36,191 bases of DNA, taken from positions 1 to 36,191 of IMG/VR virus record IMGVR_UViG_3300037851_000187; one strand, 5' to 3'. Position 1 is the first letter of the stretch, and every line of letters starts with the position of its first letter. This document shows, piece by piece, positions 16,900 through 26,220 of this stretch. This stretch comes from a virus (taxonomy: Duplodnaviria > Caudoviricetes). The notes beneath the pieces are model-generated. The model made no database searches. It was not told the origin of the DNA and saw only the letters and a list, made by a program, of their open reading frames with translations. Position numbers and translations under genes: made by a program.

Positions 16900-18984
16900 T
16901 TATGCTTCCAGGCCGCGAAACCAAAGCTTGCCTTTTCGATCTAATTGTTTGCGGGCCTTGAGCGTGACCAGTAGCTTGCACCGGCAATCGGAGATGCAAG
17001 GCGCAATGCCTGCGTGATTGGCTATAGCCCACTCATAGAAGCGTTCGCCGAGGCTATTGGCTGATTCGCCTTCGCTCGGTATGCCCGCGAGAACCTCGTG
17101 CAGGTTCTTTCCGGCAAGCGCATCGACCTTCGTTTGCTTCGGTTCCTTGGCCGGGGCCGTTGTTTCCTTGGGCGGCTCCATCTGCTCCCATCGTATGTCG
17201 TGCTTACCGTGCCGCAACCACAAGCTCATTGCGTGGCTGCCGTCGGGGTTAGTCGCACCGGCGCGACGTCCGCGCTTGGCGAGCTTAAGTTCGAACTCGC
17301 TATCCGAGATAGGTCTAAGCAGCATGACCGCACGCGCCCAGTTGACAAGCTCACTACTGCCGAGCCCCTGGTAAGCCCAGTCGATAGCGGTCCAGTGCTG
17401 TGTTTCCTTCATCGACTTCGGCTTGCCCGTGTGATGGACCCCGATCATGACCACGCCGGTGGACTCAAGGACGGGGGTAAGAAGCTCGCGCAAGAAATAG
17501 GTAACGTGATCTTGTCGAGTAACGTCGATACCCGCGAAGGATAGGAGCGGGTCGATCCATACTATGTCGGGCCGCTCAAGGTCGATGACGCGCTGTAACC
17601 AGTGCGTGAACCGTTCGCCGGTCAGCCTGGTCTGCGTGTGCATCCACAGGTTCTCATGGATCGCCTCGATGGAAAAATCGTCCCAGGCATGCGCGCGTGC
17701 GATACCCTGGATCATCTCGGCCATGTCGTACAAGTCATTCTCCGCTTGGATCACCAACGACTTAAGCTCGCGCGCTGGTGTGATGCCGAACGCATCTTTG
17801 CCGAGCGCCCACGGCGCGGCTAACTCGATGACCAAGCTACTCTTGCCGATGCCCGACGGACCGAGCAACCATCCTGACTTACCACGGCACAGGTATCGGA
17901 TGGTTTTCTTGTCGCGAAACCCGATGACACAATTCGGGTCGGAGTGCGTATCTAGCTTGAGCAGATCCTTGATGCGATGCGGTTTGCCCAAGGCCGCGCG
18001 GTCGATCTGCTTGACCCAATCCGTGAATGACACACAGCCCACGCCGAGCGCGAGCAACTCCTGGCGCCGGTCGAACCGCTCGCAATTCGGCAGTCGGGAG
18101 AGGCGTCCTGGATTTTTGTTTTTCTGATCCAGATCGAAGCCGGCATCGGCAAAATGGGAATAGAGCAGGGATACGCGCTCATCATACTCGCGCCGGTCTT
18201 GCGCGTCTATGCGGACCCAGGCATGGACGGACTTGCCCCCCGAATAGATGATCGCGGCGCAGGGTAGCTGTGACTCTTGATAGAGCCGATACTGCTCCTC
18301 GGGCGATAGTTGCGCGTCGAATTCGACCAAGGCATGGCGATAGGACGTGACATCCGCGTCCTTACTGCCGCCGACGGTCAATGGATTGAGGCATATATAG
18401 ATCCCGGTGCGTTTGGTGCTCTTGAATATCCCATTCGGATCGCCGCCGACAGCATCAAGCTTACGCAGCCACTCCTCGCGGGACAGGCAGGGGCCAGCGC
18501 CGTCGGGAGCCTCGCCGCCGTCATCGGCCAGCCGCGCATTGACGATACGTATCCCTTCTCCCGGCTCATAGCACGCGCGGATGAGCGCCCGTGCCCCGTC
18601 CGTGATGGGCTCGGGCAATTCCCCGGCATTCGCTACGTCATAGCGCGCCGCTTGCTGCTTTGGCTCAGGCGAGCTTTTCGGCATGGGGTGGTATGTCGGG
18701 ATAGGGCGAGACATCGGCGCGTTGTGGGGCAATCTAGCCTTGCTGCCGACGACCCCGGACCGATGCGCACCGGCCCACGCGGAATGAATGGTCTTAAGCG
18801 CCTCGGTCTCGGTCATGGGCGGGTTACAGCGACCAGCCCAGTCCAGCATGAGCCGTTCAAAGTCGGATTGCGGCAGGTCGAACCGCTCTAGCACCTGGTA
18901 AGCGAGCTTGTTCAGGGCGTCGTTGCGCCCGGGCTCGATAGCCGGTGGACACTTGTCAAGGTATCGGGTAGCGCGGTCTAGCAT
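16900..18984 (-). CDS. Primase-helicase (PriCT-like N-terminus, AEP/RepB-like primase, AAA_25 RecA-type helicase)
   Basis: PGRNDAL; LVEFD, YSGGKSVHAW, RLSRLP; GPSGIGKS, IDPL, VHHTGK. Confidence 0.85.
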   Translation of the reverse strand: MLDRATRYLDKCPPAIEPGRNDALNKLAYQVLERFDLPQSDFERLMLDWAGRCNPPMTETEALKTIHSAWAGAHRSGVVGSKARLPHNAPMSRPIPTYHPMPKSSPEPKQQAARYDVANAGELPEPITDGARALIRACYEPGEGIRIVNARLADDGGEAPDGAGPCLSREEWLRKLDAVGGDPNGIFKSTKRTGIYICLNPLTVGGSKDADVTSYRHALVEFDAQLSPEEQYRLYQESQLPCAAIIYSGGKSVHAWVRIDAQDRREYDERVSLLYSHFADAGFDLDQKNKNPGRLSRLPNCERFDRRQELLALGVGCVSFTDWVKQIDRAALGKPHRIKDLLKLDTHSDPNCVIGFRDKKTIRYLCRGKSGWLLGPSGIGKSSLVIELAAPWALGKDAFGITPARELKSLVIQAENDLYDMAEMIQGIARAHAWDDFSIEAIHENLWMHTQTRLTGERFTHWLQRVIDLERPDIVWIDPLLSFAGIDVTRQDHVTYFLRELLTPVLESTGVVMIGVHHTGKPKSMKETQHWTAIDWAYQGLGSSELVNWARAVMLLRPISDSEFELKLAKRGRRAGATNPDGSHAMSLWLRHGKHDIRWEQMEPPKETTAPAKEPKQTKVDALAGKNLHEVLAGIPSEGESANSLGERFYEWAIANHAGIAPCISDCRCKLLVTLKARKQLDRKGKLWFRGLEA

Positions 18985-18986
18985 GG

Positions 18987-19640
18987 TTACAGCGCCCGAT
19001 CATCTCCGGCTTGGTGATGCTGCGAGAACCACATGAGCGCGAACGCATGCCACGCTACGCAGCCCAGGTGGTGGTTGCCTAACTCATCGCGGTCCTCGCC
19101 GCGCCACCAGCGCCAGGCGTGACGCATCATAGCCGCGAAAGATAGCCCCCATTTGTAGCCGCGCCTCCAGTTGTGATCGGCATACTTAGCCGCACCGCGA
19201 CCATAGACGCGGGCCAACTCCTCCAGCGGCTCGACCGGGATAAGATCGAACCGCTCAAGCTTCGAGCCCTTCTGTCCCCCGGTGACGGGGTCCGTGACAC
19301 GGACCTCGTCGGTGACAGGCTCAAGCGTTTGCGCGTCGAGCACCGGCTTGTCCAATGCCCGTGCAACGTGGACTTCGAGTGTTGCGCCCCTCGACTTTTC
19401 CCACCCGGGCAGGACGGCGACGGCGTCAGCCATGCATACCGCTGGCAGGTCGCGCGCCATGTAATGCGGCATGCCCCGAGGCTGATCCGTAGCGGGGTCG
19501 AAGCCGTCTTTCTCGACATCGTTTTCCGCAGGCGACCACACTTCATGCCCGCGCCCGCGCAAGTCTTTCGCCGCACGGTCAAACGCGGGGAAGTTGAACA
19601 GGGGAATGCCGCGCATCGGCCCGGCTAAATAGAGTCGCAT
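18987..19640 (-). CDS. DUF4406 (NDT-like) fused to DUF5664 (dATP/dGTP diphosphohydrolase-like)
   Basis: RLYLAGPMRG..FNFPAF and LPGWEKSRGATLE; KLERFDLIP, GAAKYADHNWRRG, MRH, HLGCVAW. Confidence 0.75.
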   Translation of the reverse strand: MRLYLAGPMRGIPLFNFPAFDRAAKDLRGRGHEVWSPAENDVEKDGFDPATDQPRGMPHYMARDLPAVCMADAVAVLPGWEKSRGATLEVHVARALDKPVLDAQTLEPVTDEVRVTDPVTGGQKGSKLERFDLIPVEPLEELARVYGRGAAKYADHNWRRGYKWGLSFAAMMRHAWRWWRGEDRDELGNHHLGCVAWHAFALMWFSQHHQAGDDRAL

Positions 19641-19987
19641 AAGGTCAAGAATTGAGTGAATGACCGCACTACATGCACGGTATGCCCGAGCCGCTTGGCC
19701 CAGGCTGCAACCTGCATCTGTTCGGGGGACAGCTTGCCGGTCGCGGACTTACATTCGACCAGCAGCACCCCGGAATCAGTCAGGATGACAAAGTCAGGTT
19801 CGCCCCCGGTGCGGAACGTGCGGTGCGCCATTGAGCCGTGAAACGCGAGCCAGCCGCGCCCGATACACTCGTAAAGGATGCGCGTGTGCAGGTCCGCCTC
19901 GCAGTCGCAAGCATCGGCGGGGGCGGTTTGTTTCGGCGCGTTGCGCGCCTCGTAAGCGTTAAGCTGTTCGATTGTCCAAGTGGGCAT
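19625..19987 (-). CDS. VRR-NUC-type PD-(D/E)XK nuclease
   Basis: EADL, GEPDF, VECKSATGKLSPEQ, HVVRS. Confidence 0.8.
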   Translation of the reverse strand: MPTWTIEQLNAYEARNAPKQTAPADACDCEADLHTRILYECIGRGWLAFHGSMAHRTFRTGGEPDFVILTDSGVLLVECKSATGKLSPEQMQVAAWAKRLGHTVHVVRSFTQFLTLCDSI

Positions 19988-20225
19988 GGTTTCCTTTCCG
20001 CGCATTGCAGTTACGACAAAGCACCTGCAAATTTTCGCGTTCAAGTTGGAGTCGATAGAAAGATATGCGCTGAGACGGATCGTAACGGTGATGCGTGTCG
20101 CCTTGCGGGACGATGCAATCGAACTGTAAGTGCTCGGTCGAGCCGCAGTAACGACAGACGGGGCGCAGCAGTTCGAGCATCTCTTGCCGCTTACGGTTCG
20201 CCCATTCTTTTTGGCGTCGTGCCAT
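19959..20225 (-). CDS. HNH-fold endonuclease-like protein
   Basis: CRYCGS..LQFDCIVP...NLQVLCRNCNARKG. Confidence 0.7.
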   Translation of the reverse strand: MARRQKEWANRKRQEMLELLRPVCRYCGSTEHLQFDCIVPQGDTHHRYDPSQRISFYRLQLERENLQVLCRNCNARKGNHAHLDNRTA

Positions 20226-20228
20226 AAG

Positions 20229-21032
20229 TCACTTCACGATTTCGATCAACTCAAGCCGCGCGCAGCGGGCCTTGCCGTCCGTGCCGAATGGGACTACCAC
20301 ATCAGCAAGATCCTCCCAGTTGATCCGGCATCGCCACACCGTGCGGTCCGGCGAGTAAGTCCTTCGCACCCATTCCAGCGTCGCGAATGACACACCGCAG
20401 CCGCACATCGTGCAGCGATCCGGGTTAGGCGTCTCGGCCAAGAATTGTCCCGGCGCAAAGGTCCAGTGTGCAGGGGGTGGATACTCGCCGCATTGTGCGC
20501 GGTAGACGATTATGCCGTCTGGGTCGCGCGAAAATTGGGCGAGAAAACTTTTGGCAGACGGAATACCTTGCGCGCCGGACAAGTTCGCGTCGCGCAAGTT
20601 CGCGTCGCGCAAGTTCGCGTCGCGCAAGTTCGCGTCGCGCAAGTTCGCGCCGCGCAAGTTCGCGTCGGACAAGGTCGCGCCGGACAAGTTCGCACGGGAC
20701 AAGTTCGCGTCGGACAAGGTCGCGCCGGACAAGTTCGCACGGGACAAGTTCGCGTCGGACAAGGTCGCGCCGGACAAGTTCGCGTCGCGCAAGTTCGCGT
20801 CGCGCAAGTTCGCGTCGCGCAAGTTCGCGCCGCGCAAGTTCGCGCCGCGCAAGTTCGCGTCGCGCAAGTTCGCGTCGCGCAAGTTCGCGCCGCGCAAGTC
20901 CGCGTCGCTCAAGTCCGCGTCGCTCAAGTTCGCGCCGCTCAAGTTCGCGCCGCTCAAGTCCGCGCCGGACAAGCTGTCTGCCGCAATGGTGGTGATTATT
21001 TGTTGTGTGAATCGGTGTCTTATTTCGATCAT
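20229..21032 (-). CDS. Pentapeptide repeat protein with Cys-containing C-terminal domain (267 aa)
   Basis: Start MIEIRHRF at 21032 (ATGA overlap); about 27 A(N/D/T)L(S/R)x repeats. Confidence 0.9.
   Translation of the reverse strand: MIEIRHRFTQQIITTIAADSLSGADLSGANLSGANLSDADLSDADLRGANLRDANLRDANLRGANLRGANLRDANLRDANLRDANLSGATLSDANLSRANLSGATLSDANLSRANLSGATLSDANLRGANLRDANLRDANLRDANLRDANLSGAQGIPSAKSFLAQFSRDPDGIIVYRAQCGEYPPPAHWTFAPGQFLAETPNPDRCTMCGCGVSFATLEWVRRTYSPDRTVWRCRINWEDLADVVVPFGTDGKARCARLELIEIVK
20571..20975. repeat. 15-bp coding tandem repeat (about 27 units)
   Basis: CAAGTTCGCGTCGCG-type units encoding the pentapeptide repeats. Confidence 0.9.
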
Positions 21033-22564
21033 AGGTTTTGTTTTTTGTTTGCGAAAAACTGTCGCGCTTCCCTCGCCGTGGCGGTGTCCGGTGACGGGTG
21101 CCCCATACGGCGCAGCAGGTGCCGCTGTTTCGGGCTGGCTAGCACGAGGTTCTGGCGCGAGAAATACAGGGTGAGCAATGCGCTTGCGTGTCCTTTGCCG
21201 CGCACGGTTGCCGGGTCGATGTGCGCGCGTTTCAACCACTTCATTTGACTGTCCGTGATCGCGTCCGAATGCCAGCGCATCGTCGGCTCGAACTCGGCAG
21301 TTACCATGTCGTGATGCGTTAGCGCGAACTCTTCCGCCGAGATATACTTGCCGCGTTTCTTACTCTGTTCCTCAAGCCGCTTCCGCAGGTTCTCCTCGCG
21401 TTGCTTGGTCGCAGCGCCCGCCATTGCGCCCAAGTCGAGCGCGAGCGTGTCTGCAACGTCGCCGGGGACCGCTGCACTTCGGTCCTGCGCGATCTGCGTG
21501 ATCGCGTCCGCTTCATCCTCGGACTTCGCTATCAGATGCGCTGGCCGCGTAACGCTGTGCTTGTTGTGTAGCCACAGGAAATCGAGCAGAAGCAGGTCAT
21601 CCTTGAGACAATCGGTGCGCGTGCCGCGACCTATCATCTGCGCGAACAACGGACGGCTCCGGGTCGGGCGCAGGACAACCACGCAGTCAATGCTCGGGTC
21701 ATCGAACCCCTCAGTTAGCAACATCGCGTTGGACAGCAGGTCGAACTCCCAGCCCGCGAACCGGCGCAGTATGTCTGCCCGGTCCGAGCTGTAACCGTCG
21801 ATGTGACGCGCGTTGATGCCTGCGGCTTGGCAAGCTGACACGAACTTATGCGACGTGGCGATGAGCGGCAGGAACGCGAGCACGCGGCGTGTGGGTGCAT
21901 ACTCTTTGATCGCACGCGCAATGGGCGGCAGATACGGCTCAAGCGCGGAGCCCAGGTCCGCGTCGGAGAAGTCCCCGGCTTTCTGTTTCACGCCGGATAA
22001 GTCGATCTGGAGCGGGACAGAGCGCACCGCGATGCGTGATAGGTGTCCTTGGTTGATCAAGTCGAACAGCGATACCTCGTGCGCGACATTCTCGAAGTAA
22101 GAGCCGAGGTTGCGCTCATCACCGCGGTCCGGTGTTGCGGTCACTCCGAGCACGCGGCCATGTGCATCGAAATGCCGCAACACGGCTTGCCAGCTATCGC
22201 CGATCGCGTGGTGGGCTTCATCGGCGACAACTAAGCCGAAATGATCGGCGGGCCAATCTGCCAAGCGCCGGATCATCGTCTGCACGCTTGCAACCACAAC
22301 TTTAGCCGACTTGCTTGCGTGGTATTCAGCCTTCTCCTTGTAGGCCACGAGCCCAGTTGCACTGTGCAGCTTCGCGATGGCCTGGTCTATAAGTTCCTCT
22401 CGATGCGCTAAGATCAACGTGCGCCCGGCTTCACGTTGCGCGAGCCAGGAAAATATGATCGTCTTACCGCTACCAGTCGGGAGCACGACAAGCTGCTTGC
22501 GAAACTGTTTCCAGCCCGCGCAAACAGCGTTGATCGTGTCTAACTGGTAGGGTCGCGGGGTCAT
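21029..22564 (-). CDS. SF2 DEAH helicase (SSL2/ResIII-like, 511 aa)
   Basis: RPYQ, LPTGSGKT, DEAHH, TATPDR, LTEGFDDP, QMIGRGTR. Confidence 0.92.
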   Translation of the reverse strand: MTPRPYQLDTINAVCAGWKQFRKQLVVLPTGSGKTIIFSWLAQREAGRTLILAHREELIDQAIAKLHSATGLVAYKEKAEYHASKSAKVVVASVQTMIRRLADWPADHFGLVVADEAHHAIGDSWQAVLRHFDAHGRVLGVTATPDRGDERNLGSYFENVAHEVSLFDLINQGHLSRIAVRSVPLQIDLSGVKQKAGDFSDADLGSALEPYLPPIARAIKEYAPTRRVLAFLPLIATSHKFVSACQAAGINARHIDGYSSDRADILRRFAGWEFDLLSNAMLLTEGFDDPSIDCVVVLRPTRSRPLFAQMIGRGTRTDCLKDDLLLLDFLWLHNKHSVTRPAHLIAKSEDEADAITQIAQDRSAAVPGDVADTLALDLGAMAGAATKQREENLRKRLEEQSKKRGKYISAEEFALTHHDMVTAEFEPTMRWHSDAITDSQMKWLKRAHIDPATVRGKGHASALLTLYFSRQNLVLASPKQRHLLRRMGHPSPDTATAREARQFFANKKQNL

Positions 22565-22701
22565 AAGAAGATGACGATCCAATAATTGCGACCGAACCAG
22601 CGCCACTCACAGTGTATGCTGTGCCGCCACTGCTGATCACCACGCCAAAAGGCTACCCGGAAGCACGGACCATACTGCATGCGATGGAAAACGTATTTCA
22701 C
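22561..22701 (-). CDS. Small Trp-rich hypothetical protein (46 aa)
   Basis: GTG start after GAGG; ATGA overlap with the helicase. Confidence 0.4.
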   Translation of the reverse strand: MKYVFHRMQYGPCFRVAFWRGDQQWRHSIHCEWRWFGRNYWIVIFL

Positions 22702-22708
22702 GGCAGCC

Positions 22709-23176
22709 TCAAAACGGCTTTTCTTCCTCGTCCACTTCAATCCTGCGCGGGGCGAGCTTCTCCTTGGTCGTGTAGTATTCCTCAACTTCGTTGACCACCC
22801 TTTCGGGTTTCCCATTCTTCGCTTCTAATTTTCGGTGCTTTAACTTGCACCATCCGCGCAGCCCGAGCGGGTTGACCCACCGAACCTTGTTCCGCTCGGC
22901 TTGATCCTTGCGGAAGTCGAACGCCTCCCCCTTCTGCAACTGCACGCCGCCGGACTTGAGGAGAGTATCGATCTTGAAGATGCATTTCGGATGATCGTAA
23001 AGGAAATCGAGCACATGCTTGCCGGTTGGCTCCATGGAAAGCTCGACGGTGTATTTTTCGCAGCCGCGCGTCGTTACCGATTGCGATATTCCGATCTCGA
23101 AATCGGTCACACAAAAGATGTAGTCACCGGGTGGCAGGAGGGGCGGTTGATTCTCCGAATCTTGAAATACTGGCAT
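22709..23176 (-). CDS. DUF669-like single-stranded DNA-binding protein
   Basis: LLPPGDY N-terminal motif, acidic C-terminus ending EEEKPF; in the recombination module. Confidence 0.7.
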   Translation of the reverse strand: MPVFQDSENQPPLLPPGDYIFCVTDFEIGISQSVTTRGCEKYTVELSMEPTGKHVLDFLYDHPKCIFKIDTLLKSGGVQLQKGEAFDFRKDQAERNKVRWVNPLGLRGWCKLKHRKLEAKNGKPERVVNEVEEYYTTKEKLAPRRIEVDEEEKPF

Positions 23177-23179
23177 AGG

Positions 23180-24208
23180 TTACTTCTCCGTGGTTAGGTA
23201 TTGGGTGGATGGTTTGCGTTGGACTAAGTCACCGAGCTTGCGGCAGACCTCGCGCTCTGCGGTCGCTTTCTTGAGCACATGGAACGCAGCATAGGTCTCG
23301 GTCAATCGGGATAGCTTGCACTCGCAAGCTTTGAGGAAGTCAGGTTGCGGCAGACCGGCCGCGCCGAATGCGCCGGACAGATCTGAAATGAAACGGTTGC
23401 CCTGGCGCGTCTTGAGCGCGAAGCCACCGGGCACCTTGCCCTGCTTCAGCGCCATGTTGAGCGCATGATGTTCTACCGATTCGCACCAGTCCGCGATCTG
23501 CCGGGCTAACCGCAACGCTTTGCCCATCTCTACCGGATCCTCGATCTTGCTCGCGTGGTATTGCTCAAGCGCCCAGTCCTCGCGGCCCGCGGCGATTGCA
23601 TTGACGCGGTCCGCGTTGACGGGGCAAGTGACGCTGTTCGCGCACCAGCCGCAGTAATCGCATGCGCGCGGTTTGCTATTCGGGTCGAGCACGGAGCAGA
23701 TGATCTTGTCTACCTCCTGCCGAGCTTCGGTCTCGGTGATCTCAAAGTGTTCGGCGCGCTGGCTCTCGGCGAAAAGTAGGTGAACGTGGACGGTCGCGAA
23801 CCCGAACTCATCGAATAGATCGAGCGCATAGGCGCACATCTGCGCGCGATAATCGTAGCGCCGCCATTTCAGGTCGAACAAGTGGTTGCCGCAGGCCGCG
23901 TCGAGCCTGCCGCCGCGCTCAAATAATGGATCGAAGGTCTCGGTCAACGGATTGACGTGATATTCCAGGCGCAGCGGATAGTCAGACATCGGCGCGTGCA
24001 TGCGCACGTAGTCCGCAGCCCACTTGACCCCGTCTATGTCGGCCTCGTCCAATCCATCCGGGATAGTCGGCTCCTGTTCCGGGTGAGATAGTAGCGCGCT
24101 GAATAGCTCGTGTCGCTTCGTGCCGCGCTCCGTGTCCGCGTTGCCGCCGTCACCGATGAAGCACGGGCAAGCAGAGAGCGCAGGCAATGCTGACGGGCGC
24201 AGTCTCAT
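23180..24208 (-). CDS. Cas4-like PD-(D/E)XK exonuclease (DUF2800-like)
   Basis: RPSAL...CP, GTKRH, GRLD, DLK, QMCAY, CDYCGWC..C. Confidence 0.75.
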   Translation of the reverse strand: MRLRPSALPALSACPCFIGDGGNADTERGTKRHELFSALLSHPEQEPTIPDGLDEADIDGVKWAADYVRMHAPMSDYPLRLEYHVNPLTETFDPLFERGGRLDAACGNHLFDLKWRRYDYRAQMCAYALDLFDEFGFATVHVHLLFAESQRAEHFEITETEARQEVDKIICSVLDPNSKPRACDYCGWCANSVTCPVNADRVNAIAAGREDWALEQYHASKIEDPVEMGKALRLARQIADWCESVEHHALNMALKQGKVPGGFALKTRQGNRFISDLSGAFGAAGLPQPDFLKACECKLSRLTETYAAFHVLKKATAEREVCRKLGDLVQRKPSTQYLTTEK

Positions 24209-25179
24209 TGTACCCCCTGGACCCTCGCGAGAAAGGTGGCGATCTGTTTCAGGATCCTATTCGCTCGCGCCTCGGTGAGATGTGCGAGCCCTTGCCCAGG
24301 CTGCAGCCACCCCTCCTTGAGGAACCATTTGCCGGCGGCGACCGCGTGTGGCCCGATTGCAGCCTCCAGTGTCGCGACCATGTTATCGGATAGCATCGGC
24401 GAGTTAGCCGGCGTGGTGTAACTCGGCCCAGGCCGAAACTCGGGCGGATGCACGACGTTACCCGGCTCCGCCGGCGGCTGTGGTGCGGGCTCGGGTGCGG
24501 GGGCCGGGGCCGGGGCCGGGGATGTCGGCGCGGGTGCGGCAGGCTCCGTAGCCGTGTGCACAACCTCGACATCGATCACGTCGGAAGAATCGCTTGGCGT
24601 GGTGCACGTGGTTGCCTGCGCGGGTTTGGGGTCCGGCGCGAGATTCAGCGTTACGGGCGCGGGTTGCTCATCATCGACCTCGTCCGTGATCGTGATGCCG
24701 CAGGCGATCTCCGGTGCGAGCGTGCGGACCCCGCGCGAGATAGCCCGAGCCCACAGCGTTTGCATCCTGGCCCGAGGGGTGCGCCAATTTTTCTTGAGCG
24801 CCTTGCCGTCGCTCATGATGACAAACGGCTCCGCCTTGATCTCCTCCCAGGTCTCGGCAAAGGTCATGGTGATGCCGTCCTTGCTCGTCAGCGTGATGGA
24901 AGCTTTGTCGGGGGTAGACTCCATTGCAGACCGTTTGCCGCCGTCGCGCAGGAACTTGGCCATAAGCGAGTCGGCCCGGTCGGATAGTTTCCCCTCGATG
25001 ATATGATACTCGCGGGCTATCGCGATAGGGGACTTCTTTTCGACTAGGCAAGCCATAGCCAGCACCTTGCCTTGTTCCATCCGTTCGCAGCCGAACATGC
25101 CGGACTTAGCGAAAAACTCGCCGATCCGGTCAATGGCTTCGATAGGGTTTTGCAGTTTAGAGTACAGTTCGATCTCCAT
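24205..25179 (-). CDS. RecT-like single-strand annealing protein
   Basis: HIIEGK, NWRTP..RMQTLWARAISRGVRTLAPE; Pro-rich linker; adjacent to exonuclease and SSB. Confidence 0.65.
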   Translation of the reverse strand: MEIELYSKLQNPIEAIDRIGEFFAKSGMFGCERMEQGKVLAMACLVEKKSPIAIAREYHIIEGKLSDRADSLMAKFLRDGGKRSAMESTPDKASITLTSKDGITMTFAETWEEIKAEPFVIMSDGKALKKNWRTPRARMQTLWARAISRGVRTLAPEIACGITITDEVDDEQPAPVTLNLAPDPKPAQATTCTTPSDSSDVIDVEVVHTATEPAAPAPTSPAPAPAPAPEPAPQPPAEPGNVVHPPEFRPGPSYTTPANSPMLSDNMVATLEAAIGPHAVAAGKWFLKEGWLQPGQGLAHLTEARANRILKQIATFLARVQGVQ

Positions 25180-25221
25180 AATGTTTTAGTTTGTGTTGAC
25201 TGAAATTAAAACCGGCGCGAG

Positions 25222-25404
25222 TTAGCGGGGATGATTGGTGGGTGTTGAAGCACTCAATATGAGCCCGTCAGAATGCGGGACTTGGTGAGACTCGCGCCGG
25301 AGAATGTCGCGCATCCTATCATCGGCTCGACCGGCAGCCACGCAGGCAGCGTAGGTGATGGTGAAGCCGAATAGGATACAAAATGTTAAGATAACCCAGG
25401 TCAT
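25222..25404 (-). CDS. Small membrane protein (60 aa)
   Basis: MTWVILTFCILFGFTITYAACVAAGRAD; ATGA overlap. Confidence 0.55.
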   Translation of the reverse strand: MTWVILTFCILFGFTITYAACVAAGRADDRMRDILRRESHQVPHSDGLILSASTPTNHPR

Positions 25405-25493
25405 AAGTCCTTCGATAGTTCGTGCAGAACGAAAAAGAACAGCGCGCCGAAAACGAAGCCGACGGCGAACCCGATGCAGGCGATGGGCATCAT
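25401..25493 (-). CDS. Small membrane peptide, 30 aa (MMPIACIGFAVGFVFGALFFFVLHELSKDL)
   Basis: ATGA overlaps on both sides; one hydrophobic helix. Confidence 0.5.
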   Translation of the reverse strand: MMPIACIGFAVGFVFGALFFFVLHELSKDL

Positions 25494-26086
25494 TGGAGCC
25501 CCCTTGATTCCGAGACCGCGAGCTTGGTGCGGAGCCATTGGCGGAGTCGTGGCAGGTCAGCGGCGGAGAACTGCTTGACCGACTTGTCCCACCACTTTTG
25601 GACGCGCAACTCGAAGTCATCGATCTGCACACGCGGCTTGTCCTCCTCGGGCTCGGGCTCGGGCTCGAACGGTGTATCTTCGCCCGGGTCTTTGCATACC
25701 TCGACCGCGGCCTCCTTGATCGCTTTAGCCGTGACGGGTCCGTTAGCCGCAGCGGTCTCGACTACCTGTGCGCGCTTTTCCTCGGGCACCCGGGCTAGCT
25801 CCCGTGCGCTGCGCTCATTGTCAACCATGGTTGACATTTTCGGGGGTAGCGCTTTGACCACTTCAGCGGCCTCGGCGAGTTGGTATGCCCGGGCAGCCGT
25901 CATCTTCCAGCGGGCCTCGACGTATTCCGCGAAGGTGGGATGCGTCTCGCGATAGAGCCGTTTCTCGGAGATTTCGAGCAGGGCCGCGCCGACATCCACA
26001 AAGGTCTTGAGCCCCTGGTCAATCATGGGCTCCAGTTCGGCGAGCCGTGTGCGTTCCTGATCGGATAGTTTTTTGGTTAGCTTCAT
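25490..26086 (-). CDS. Helical DNA-binding protein (DUF3102-like), 198 aa
   Basis: FVDVGAALLEI..RLYRETHPTFAEY..RW..AYQL, NERSARELA. Confidence 0.55.
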   Translation of the reverse strand: MKLTKKLSDQERTRLAELEPMIDQGLKTFVDVGAALLEISEKRLYRETHPTFAEYVEARWKMTAARAYQLAEAAEVVKALPPKMSTMVDNERSARELARVPEEKRAQVVETAAANGPVTAKAIKEAAVEVCKDPGEDTPFEPEPEPEEDKPRVQIDDFELRVQKWWDKSVKQFSAADLPRLRQWLRTKLAVSESRGLQ

Positions 26087-26220
26087 GATTTTGTTCTCCC
26101 GGTATAGGTGCGGAAACTGTTGCTGCGGCCCGGCTGGCGCGTGACGCGGAACGCGCGATTGCTCGCGAACGATGCGCGCCATTGCCTCCGGGCGAACTGG
26201 CGGTTGTACTTGGGTTTCAT
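26083..26220 (-). CDS. Small Arg-rich protein, 45 aa (MKPKYNRQFARRQWRASF...)
   Basis: ATGA overlaps on both sides; not in the ORF track. Confidence 0.45.
   Translation of the reverse strand: MKPKYNRQFARRQWRASFASNRAFRVTRQPGRSNSFRTYTGRTKS

Noticed and set aside
18987-19640. Z-genome (2-aminoadenine) system
   Set aside because: No purZ-like adenylosuccinate synthetase or dedicated polymerase was recognised in the complete genome
20571-20975. Tandem repeat as a CRISPR array
   Set aside because: The 15-bp units are contiguous with no unique spacers and encode pentapeptide repeats in frame
20445-21248. Long plus-strand ORFs over the repeat (AQVRV, RRASS, SRKFA frames)
   Set aside because: Shadow frames of a stop-free 15-bp repeat
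23180-24208. Cas4-like nuclease as part of a CRISPR-Cas system
   Set aside because: No array or other cas genes; it sits in a standard annealase-exonuclease-SSB recombination module
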